Position numbers and translations under genes: made by a program
From: an uncultured Gammaproteobacteria bacterium
Lineage (GTDB): Bacteria > Patescibacteriota > Microgenomatia > Levybacterales > GWA1-39-11
Assembly: GCA_964511305.1 (NCBI GenBank)
Contig: CAZEEU010000003.1
Span: 13,410 to 77,409, forward strand
Reading direction: 5' to 3'
Length of the DNA stretch: 64,000 nt
Notes under the pieces: generated by a model
What the model saw: only the letters and a program-made list of their open reading frames with translations
What the model was told of the DNA's origin: nothing
Database searches by the model: none
In this document: piece after piece, positions 57,430 through 64,000 of the stretch
Layout of the letters: each line of letters begins with the position of its first letter
How positions within the stretch are numbered: the first letter of the stretch is position 1

Positions 57430-58515
57430 TTACCAAGTGCTTACGAAGGTTTTGACGTTTGAGTTGTCTATTACAAATTTTTGTCCATGAGGAATTTTCC
57501 CAAGCATCATATAGTAGACGGTTTTTCTAACTATTCCCTGTATCAATCTTTGGAGTCCACGGATTCCGGGATCGTACCCAAGAGGTCTTACTAGTGCCTC
57601 CGGCCATACCTCATCTGCAATTTCAAATTCGGCAGCTGTTAGCCCTGAGTCCTTAAGGATCTTAGGAAGAACGTATGTTTTGCCAATAACTATTTTTTCA
57701 TCATCAGTATAGGAAGGCATCTGAATAATCTCAAGTCTGTCTACCACCGCTGTTGAAATATCTTTTGTATTGTTGCTCGTTGCTATAAATAATACTTGAG
57801 ATAGATCTACAGGAAAGTCTATAAAATGATCAGTAAATGCCTTATTCTGTAAAGGATCAAGTAATTCTACAAGCACGCCCATTATATCCGCACGCGCTTC
57901 CTCACTCACTCTATCTATTTCGTCAAGAAGTATAACTGGATTTGAAGTACCAGCTCTTCTTAATGCCTTTATAACAAAGCCAGGTTCACTATCAGAGTAA
58001 AGTCTCGATTTTCCTCTAAGTTGAGCGGCACTTCCCATTCCTCCAAAAGGAATTCTTTCTATCTTTCGACCCAAAGCCTCGGCAATAGAGTAAGCGATTG
58101 TGGTTTTACCAACACCAGCAAGTCCAACAAGGGAAAGAATCGGAGCCCGCGCTATTATATCTGATCCTGCTTGCCCGGAACGAGCCTTTGTCAAAATCAT
58201 GATCGCAAGAAACTCCAAAATCTGCTCTTTTACGACTTCTAGTCCATAATGATTGTGATCCAGTACTTGTTTTGCGTGATTGAGATCCAACACGTCTTGG
58301 GAAACTGATCCCCAAGGGAGAGCAGTAATCCAGGTGATATACCGAGAAATTGTGTCGTATTCCGTGTAAAAAGACGGCTGATCTTTTACTATTTTGAGCC
58401 TAGCAACCATAGCTCGAGCAGACATATCAAGGTCTTCAGGAAGCTTTGCTTTTGCTATGAGAGCATCAAGCTTTGCTATCTGAGTACCAGCATCAGGAGT
58501 TGGGGCAGTATCCAT
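57430..58515 (-). CDS. Lon-like AAA+ ATPase module lacking both the N-terminal LAN domain and the C-terminal protease domain
   Basis: HYGLEVVKEQILEFLAI; Walker A GLAGVGKTT; LLDEIDRV; sensor-2 region YDPGIRGLQRLI (compare Lon EAGVRNLER). The ORF ends right after the AAA+ alpha-helical subdomain. Confidence 0.7.
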   Translation of the reverse strand: MDTAPTPDAGTQIAKLDALIAKAKLPEDLDMSARAMVARLKIVKDQPSFYTEYDTISRYITWITALPWGSVSQDVLDLNHAKQVLDHNHYGLEVVKEQILEFLAIMILTKARSGQAGSDIIARAPILSLVGLAGVGKTTIAYSIAEALGRKIERIPFGGMGSAAQLRGKSRLYSDSEPGFVIKALRRAGTSNPVILLDEIDRVSEEARADIMGVLVELLDPLQNKAFTDHFIDFPVDLSQVLFIATSNNTKDISTAVVDRLEIIQMPSYTDDEKIVIGKTYVLPKILKDSGLTAAEFEIADEVWPEALVRPLGYDPGIRGLQRLIQGIVRKTVYYMMLGKIPHGQKFVIDNSNVKTFVSTW

Positions 58516-58556
58516 ACTTTTAGTATATCAAAATTAGGGTATAATAAGGCCACTGC

Positions 58557-59366
58557 ATGGTACTTCCCATCATTACTTCTGCCCCACATGACGCAGACAA
58601 CTTTGGTCCCTTCTCTTCCCGTGTAAAGTTGAGTCCTTGGCAACTAGGTGAATTTGCTGACAAATACACAGCTGTCACAGCGTACAATCACAACGCTTTA
58701 GGCAACGTAAAATCCCAAATCTCAAGAGGACTTGGAAGCCTCAATCAACCACGAGATCTGTCACTTTTCAAATTGAAAGACTTTCATGGGAACACCATTT
58801 GGAAAGATGGTGCAGAACTTACTGAAAAAGAAAAAGAAGAATGCTTTAGAACATATTACGACCCATACCACAATGAGATAGAACATCTTATTAAAAGATC
58901 CAGAACATTAGGTTTTGAAAGGGTGATTTTATGGGACCAACATGATACAGGAGACTTTGACGAGCTTACACAAAAGAGAGATCGCAAACTGCCAGGAGGA
59001 GAAAGAACTATGCCAAAATTTATCCTTTCCAATTTTGGGCTTGAAGATTCTGGTGAACTAGATCCAAACAATGGATTTACTTCGTGCTCTCCTGAATTTA
59101 TTCAAAAAATTAGGGACTATATTTCATATGAATTTGATCTTCCACATATAGAGGTAGAAATAAATACAATATTTAAAGGAGGCCACATAATACAACATTA
59201 TGGAAATCCCAAAAATGACTTTGGAAATACAGTAGTTGGAATTCAAATTGAATACAATAGAGGATTTATTATGGACCAACGTACAAGACTACCATACAAA
59301 GACAAGCTCAAAGAATTCAATGAAAAATTTAATCGGGTAATGGATAAGGCCTGCGAGCTAATTTAG
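58557..59366 (+). CDS. N-formylglutamate amidohydrolase-family (FGase-like) protein
   Basis: YYDPYHNEI motif region and overall size match the FGase family; weak. Confidence 0.4.
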   Translation: MVLPIITSAPHDADNFGPFSSRVKLSPWQLGEFADKYTAVTAYNHNALGNVKSQISRGLGSLNQPRDLSLFKLKDFHGNTIWKDGAELTEKEKEECFRTYYDPYHNEIEHLIKRSRTLGFERVILWDQHDTGDFDELTQKRDRKLPGGERTMPKFILSNFGLEDSGELDPNNGFTSCSPEFIQKIRDYISYEFDLPHIEVEINTIFKGGHIIQHYGNPKNDFGNTVVGIQIEYNRGFIMDQRTRLPYKDKLKEFNEKFNRVMDKACELI

Positions 59367-60052
59367 TACTGCTTTTGACTAATAGGCGCGTAGACTCCGT
59401 TTTTCAAATCTCTTATTCCCTGGAGCTCTCTTTGTATAAATTCCCCCATTTCGGAAGATCGATATGCGTTGCTGATAGATGCTGAGAACCTTGGATCTCT
59501 GCGGATCATTAATTCCTCAGCACTCAGCACAAAAAGATCTACAGGCTCGTTTTGAAAAAGATGATATGCGTCCACAGTTGCCATAACGCGTGGAAGATGA
59601 AAAAAATTTGAAAGGAGTCCAATTTTTCTGCAGCTTAACATTTCGGAATGGTTCCCTATATATTCTTGAGCATCCTGAAGGTTACCTAGCGTGTTCCCGA
59701 TTTCCCCGATGGAAATTAGTGAATCCTTCGGGATATGATGTCTTTGTGAAGCAAATTGGGTGAATAATTCAGATCTTGACTGGGTACTACCCTTATCTGT
59801 GGTGAATTTCCCGCCGGTGATCAAGAACTTATTCGTTAATTTTTCATCTAACGCTTGCCTTACCCCTAGCGCACGCGTGCGTGCTCCCATGTATTTTATA
59901 CCGGCAGAATTTGATTCTCCATTTGGATAGATATAAGAACCATTATTATCTCTTGATATTCTTGATCCAAGAACAATAATTGCATCTAAAGGGAATTTTT
60001 CACTTTCTGGGGGTGATTCTAACTGGTAGAGACTACCGTACTCGCGTGCCAT
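59363..60052 (-). CDS. DUF218 (YdcF/ElyC-like) domain protein
   Basis: AIIVLGSR...NKFLITGGKF pattern of the DUF218 Rossmann-like domain. Confidence 0.45.
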   Translation of the reverse strand: MAREYGSLYQLESPPESEKFPLDAIIVLGSRISRDNNGSYIYPNGESNSAGIKYMGARTRALGVRQALDEKLTNKFLITGGKFTTDKGSTQSRSELFTQFASQRHHIPKDSLISIGEIGNTLGNLQDAQEYIGNHSEMLSCRKIGLLSNFFHLPRVMATVDAYHLFQNEPVDLFVLSAEELMIRRDPRFSASISNAYRSSEMGEFIQRELQGIRDLKNGVYAPISQKQY

Positions 60053-60061
60053 GCCACAATT

Positions 60062-62479
60062 TTATCCTCTCCAATCGTCGCGCTTGCCACCTTCGTATGA
60101 TGGTTTTTTATCTACACTTGAACGTCTTCCAAAACTTCTTCCTCCAGCAGGTCTACTACTAGAACTTCTTGGTCCGCCAAATCCTCCCGAAGCACTTCTT
60201 CCGCCACCAAAATCACGTCTTGGTCCTCCTGATCCGCCTCTTGATCCACCAAATCCTCCACCGCTTCTTGGGGGTCCTCCACGGAATCCTCCACCTGAAC
60301 GGCCTCCACGATCTCCACCTCTGTCTCCTCCACGATCTCCGTTTCCTTCACTTCCTTCTGGTCTTTTTGATGGCTTATCGGCATCTTCTCCAAATTTCAT
60401 AGACAGATTAAGTCTTCCCATATCATCAATTTCCTTAACTCTAACTTTAACTTTTTGATCGAGCGCAACTACGTCTGCTGGGTCTTGAACATAGTCTGTA
60501 GACATTTCAGAGACATGAACAAGTCCTTCTTTACCTGGTAGAATTTCGACAAATGCACCAAAATTCATCATTCTTTTAACGGTTCCTTCATATTCCTCTC
60601 CTGGTTTTACTTCATGAGTAAGACCTTCTATCCATTCGACAGCTTTTCTAACTGCTTCCTCATCAACTGCTGAAATAGATACACTTCCATCATCTTCTAC
60701 ATCAACTTGAGCTCCAGTAGAAGCAATAATACTCTTTATCATCTTTCCACCAGGGCCAATTAATCCACCAATCTTTTCAGGATCAATCTTAACCATCTTT
60801 ATCTTTGGCGCAAACTCACTGACCTCTGCTCTTGATTCAGAGATTGCTTTCATCATGACCTTTAGAATTTCAAGTCGAGCCTTTTTAGCTCTCTCAAATA
60901 CCTCTGCGATCATGTCATCTGTAAGAGCGTCTTTCTTAACATCTAATTGGATTGCTGTAATTCCATCTTTTGTACCTGCAACTTTAAAATCCATATCCCC
61001 TGCAAAATCTTCAAGTCCGATAATATCGGTAAGAATTTTATATTTATCGTCAAGAGTCATAAGTCCGATAGCAATTCCTGCAACTGGATTTGTTATAGGC
61101 ACACCAGCATCCATAAGAGCTAAAGTTGATCCGCAGGCAGATGCCATCGATGTTGATCCATTGGATGAAAGAACTTCAGATACAACTCTTATTGCATATG
61201 GGAATACTTCAAGTGGAGGAAGAACAGCCTGGATTGCACGTTCTGCGAGTGCTCCATGACCAATCTCACGTCTATTTGGACTTCCAATTCTTCCTGTCTC
61301 ACCCACTGAGAAAGGAGGGAATGTGTAATGGTGCATGTATCTGTGAGTTTCTTCGCCATCCAGAGTCTCAACGAGCTGACTGAATGAAGATGCAGCAAGA
61401 GTTGCAATTGAAAGAACCTGAGTCTGACCTCTTGAGAAAAGAGCAGATCCATGGACTCTTGGAATATATCCAACAGATGCTGAGATATCTCTTACCTCAT
61501 CAATCTTACGTCCATCAAATCTCTTCTCTTTTTCAACAATATTTTCTCTGATAATTTTCTTGAAAACATAATCAACAGCCTCAAATATCTTTTTCTTGTC
61601 TATTGTTTCGCCTTCTTTCTTTCCTTTTGCCTCAGCCTCGGCAATAACTTCAACAATTTTCTGAAGATCTCCTGATACATTTTCTCCCAGTTCACCCTCT
61701 AGAACATCAACTATATTTTTCTTGTAAGTCTTTTCTACAAGCGTTACATAGTCTGCTTTTGCTTCATCCTTAACTAAATCAATTTTTGCAACTCCAATCT
61801 CTTTTGTTACTTCATTTATAAATTCAACAATCTTGCTTCCCCATTCTCTTGCCAATGTTACAGCGCTTAGAGCAACATCTTCTGGAGTTTGTAAGGCCCC
61901 AGCCTCAACCATGAGTGTATGTCCGGTCGAACTTGCAGTGAGAACCAAATCAAGAGAGAGTGAATTTGCAACATCTGGATTAGTTACAGGTGTATTTTTT
62001 TCGTCATCAGCAAGAACACCAACGCGCATAGCGCCAACAGGTCCGTTCCAGGGGATTTTTGAGAATGAGAGTGCTGCGCTTACAGCATTAATAGCGAGGA
62101 TGTCTGGGTCATTTACACCATCAACTGATAGAACATTAACAATAACCTGTACATCTTTCTTAAGCTCTTTTGGAAATAGAGGTCGGATTGATCGGTCAAT
62201 TAGTCTTCCGGTAAGAACAGCCTCGTCAGTTGGACGTCCTTCTCTCTTTACCCATCTTGATCCTTTGATTTTTCCACCAGCATATAAATGCTCTACGTAG
62301 TCAACTGAAAGAGGGAAATAATCAAGAGTAGTGTCATTTCGACCCATGCTTACTGTAGCAAGCAATGTTGTATCACCCATTCGAGCAAATACACTTGATG
62401 TAGCGAGCTGAGCGAGCTCACCCATTTCAAAAGTCATTGTTTTACCGTTTACGTCAAACGATTTTGAGATTTTTTTCAT
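60062..62479 (-). CDS. pnp: polyribonucleotide nucleotidyltransferase (PNPase) with a ~100-aa C-terminal Arg/Gly-rich (RGG/GDRGG repeat) tail
   Basis: Two RNase PH domains, KH and S1 domains; tail GDRGGDRGGDRGGRSGGGFRGG... Confidence 0.95.
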   Translation of the reverse strand: MKKISKSFDVNGKTMTFEMGELAQLATSSVFARMGDTTLLATVSMGRNDTTLDYFPLSVDYVEHLYAGGKIKGSRWVKREGRPTDEAVLTGRLIDRSIRPLFPKELKKDVQVIVNVLSVDGVNDPDILAINAVSAALSFSKIPWNGPVGAMRVGVLADDEKNTPVTNPDVANSLSLDLVLTASSTGHTLMVEAGALQTPEDVALSAVTLAREWGSKIVEFINEVTKEIGVAKIDLVKDEAKADYVTLVEKTYKKNIVDVLEGELGENVSGDLQKIVEVIAEAEAKGKKEGETIDKKKIFEAVDYVFKKIIRENIVEKEKRFDGRKIDEVRDISASVGYIPRVHGSALFSRGQTQVLSIATLAASSFSQLVETLDGEETHRYMHHYTFPPFSVGETGRIGSPNRREIGHGALAERAIQAVLPPLEVFPYAIRVVSEVLSSNGSTSMASACGSTLALMDAGVPITNPVAGIAIGLMTLDDKYKILTDIIGLEDFAGDMDFKVAGTKDGITAIQLDVKKDALTDDMIAEVFERAKKARLEILKVMMKAISESRAEVSEFAPKIKMVKIDPEKIGGLIGPGGKMIKSIIASTGAQVDVEDDGSVSISAVDEEAVRKAVEWIEGLTHEVKPGEEYEGTVKRMMNFGAFVEILPGKEGLVHVSEMSTDYVQDPADVVALDQKVKVRVKEIDDMGRLNLSMKFGEDADKPSKRPEGSEGNGDRGGDRGGDRGGRSGGGFRGGPPRSGGGFGGSRGGSGGPRRDFGGGRSASGGFGGPRSSSSRPAGGRSFGRRSSVDKKPSYEGGKRDDWRG

Positions 62480-62582
62480 TTAATTTTTATACTTCCCCCA
62501 CCAACAAACAAGTAATTGTGGATTATTTAATACTACTTTGCGAGGTCAACATTCTTCGTTTCCGAAGTAAAGCAAGCTTCGC

Positions 62583-62852
62583 TTATTTTGCGAGGCCGAC
62601 TTTTTTTCCGATGCCTTCGGCACGGTTTTTGTCAACTTTTACAAGAAAATTAAAAAGTCTTCTTCTCTTTGATAACATATTTAAAAGTCCACGTCTACTG
62701 TGAAAGTCCTTTTGATGGATTTTCAAATGATCTGTCAATTTTGTAATCTTATGAGTAAGTAATGCGATCTGCACTTCAGGAGATCCAGTGTCCCCCTCAA
62801 TGACTGCATTATCCTTAATAATAACTGTTTTTTCGGTAGTTGTTAATGGCAT
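62583..62852 (-). CDS. rpsO: 30S ribosomal protein S15 (89 aa from Met MPLTTTEK; the track ORF extends 12 codons further upstream to 62888)
   Basis: LLTHKITKLTDHLKIHQKDFHSRRGLLNMLSKRRRL is the S15 signature; classical rpsO-pnp arrangement. Confidence 0.85.
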   Translation of the reverse strand: MPLTTTEKTVIIKDNAVIEGDTGSPEVQIALLTHKITKLTDHLKIHQKDFHSRRGLLNMLSKRRRLFNFLVKVDKNRAEGIGKKVGLAK

Positions 62853-62888
62853 GACAAGTATTTTAACAAATATGAACCTGGAATACAA

Positions 62889-64000
62889 CTAATTGTTGTT
62901 TTTGGAGCTTTTAAAGACCTTTGGCATTAACCAGTCGTCAGGTACTTCACTTGGAGATGGAGGATTATATTGCGTATCCTCAGGCATCTGATCATTCTGA
63001 ATAGGCGCATCTACCATCGGCTCATTCATACTCATTCTAGGCTCATTTACAAGTTGCGCTTCTTGAATTTGAGGCTCTTGGTATGGCTCTTCGTATGGCA
63101 TAGAATCTTGTATCACATCTCTATTAGACATTGGCATTGGATTATTCATGGGCTCTGGCATAGGGTTATTTACTGGTCTATTTTGTTGCTGTCTATTTTG
63201 ATTAAATTGCTGATTGCTTCCTGATCTACGAGCATTCTCCTCATTAATTTTTCTCATCAACTCCTCAATGTCTCTGGAATTTTGACCAAACTGTTGTTGT
63301 TGCTGTGGTCTTGGCTGCTGTTGCTGTCTATTTTGACCAAACTGTTGTTGTTGCTGTGGTCTTGGCTGCTGTTGTGTCGAATTTCTCTGTTGAGAATTAT
63401 GTCTAGGCTGTTGATTTCTGTTCTGCATATGAACTGCAGGGAAATCATTTTCAGCAACTCTTTGTTGTTGTCTATTTTGATTTTGAGCTGGTCTATCATG
63501 CTGCCTTCTGTCTTGTTGGATATTTGGTTGTTGTTGAACTTGTGATTGTGGCATCTTACCTTTCCTTTGAGCACCTACGTACATAGCGGCTGATGCAGCC
63601 TCAAAAGCGAGAGGTGAAGTGTTTGGCTTTGTGAAATTTCTTGTTGCAAACAACACTCCGTCAAGGATATTTTGAGCTGAATCTAAATCGGTAGGCAAAG
63701 AAAGGTCTTTAATTACTTTACCGATAATTTCTGATAAAGAAGAAAAGCTTTCATCAACAATTACAACATCTCCAAACCGGCTATTGCCTGAGAAGTTATC
63801 AATATTTACGATCTTGACACTATTTGGATCTGCAACTTGAGAGATTTCATCAATTGTTCCAACACCGATAGCAATAATTGCATTAGGTGCTCCCCCATCC
63901 CAAATCAACTTTACGTCTTTAAGATCAAAAGGAGTGATGCTCTTGCCTGGAGCAGCAGTTAAATGGAAATTAATGTTAGTTGGATTCTGAGGGTCTGGAT
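62889..64000 (-). CDS. partial CDS (5' end beyond the window): globular N-terminal part followed by a long Q/N/P-rich low-complexity C-terminal region; hypothetical
   Basis: The reading frame stays open upstream of the TTG at 63908 to the window edge (…LTAAPGKSITPFDLKDVKLIWDGGAPN…), so the gene is truncated by the window. Confidence 0.5.
   Translation of the reverse strand, partial: PDPQNPTNINFHLTAAPGKSITPFDLKDVKLIWDGGAPNAIIAIGVGTIDEISQVADPNSVKIVNIDNFSGNSRFGDVVIVDESFSSLSEIIGKVIKDLSLPTDLDSAQNILDGVLFATRNFTKPNTSPLAFEAASAAMYVGAQRKGKMPQSQVQQQPNIQQDRRQHDRPAQNQNRQQQRVAENDFPAVHMQNRNQQPRHNSQQRNSTQQQPRPQQQQQFGQNRQQQQPRPQQQQQFGQNSRDIEELMRKINEENARRSGSNQQFNQNRQQQNRPVNNPMPEPMNNPMPMSNRDVIQDSMPYEEPYQEPQIQEAQLVNEPRMSMNEPMVDAPIQNDQMPEDTQYNPPSPSEVPDDWLMPKVFKSSKNNN
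63281..63382. repeat. near-perfect 51-bp tandem repeat (2 copies) encoding the 17-aa unit QQQPRPQQQQQFGQNRQ
   Basis: tttgaccaaactgttgttgttgctgtggtcttggctgctgttg occurs twice with period 51. Confidence 0.7.

Noticed and set aside
60051-60458. 135-aa Pro-rich plus-strand ORF and 93-aa minus-strand acidic ORF (60112-60393)
   Set aside because: Both are alternative-frame shadows of the GC-rich RGG-tail coding region of pnp.
1-64000. Mobile elements, prophage or CRISPR-Cas
   Set aside because: No transposase, integrase, recombinase, phage structural or cas gene is recognisable. The only mobile-like signals are compositional (the GC islands) and small tandem duplications.

Overview
This is an AT-rich bacterial chromosomal segment, roughly 35-38% GC by eye, with dense coding on both strands. 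Most ORFs translate as full-length proteins under the standard genetic code. The gene content points to a reduced monoderm lineage, possibly Patescibacteria/CPR-like; this is an inference from content only: sortase, MurB, MltG, RodZ and FtsK are present, no outer-membrane genes are visible, and the archaeal-type AMP phosphorylase is typical of CPR/DPANN nucleotide salvage.

The core backbone on the minus strand is rpoB-rpoC-rpsL-rpsG, with fusA displaced about 5.8 kb away by an inserted block: guaA, an M24 aminopeptidase, a cyclophilin, a membrane protein and a long acidic disordered protein. Further along are alaS, nth, a yvcK-like gene, pyrF-pyrE, an ABC exporter, a rodZ-like gene, ftsK, glgP, an aldo/keto reductase, RNase J, and pnp-rpsO.

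Several genes are unusual for a small AT-rich genome:
- A bona fide two-subunit ATP-citrate lyase (aclB-aclA); its motifs align closely to ACLY.
- An archaeal-type AMP phosphorylase.
- A eukaryotic/poxvirus-type topoisomerase IB.
- A Lon-like AAA+ module with no protease domain.
- An S49/SDH-like serine peptidase fused to tandem zinc ribbons, followed by a 59-aa ORF.
- A DUF2130-like protein (Zn-ribbon, long coiled coil, PD-(D/E)xK-like C-terminus) sitting beside a GC-rich island of small orphan ORFs.
- A degenerate-P-loop NTPase fused to an OmpR-type winged helix, whose 3' end abuts a tandem array of about six 30-32 bp direct repeats that runs off the window start.

At the nucleotide level:
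- A perfect 41-bp tandem duplication spans the yvcK-like start codon and creates a 14-codon uORF whose stop overlaps the main ATG.
- A Pro/Thr-coding repeat fills much of an LTD-domain secreted protein.
- A 51-bp tandem repeat lies in a Q/N/P-rich protein at the window end.
- CTAAACG x3 / GGGTTTAG x2 inverted repeats sit between rpoC and rpsL.
- GC-rich intergenic patches at 12343-12589 and 10328-10380 may be structured RNA or promoter elements.

No transposase, integrase, CRISPR array, rRNA or convincing tRNA was seen.
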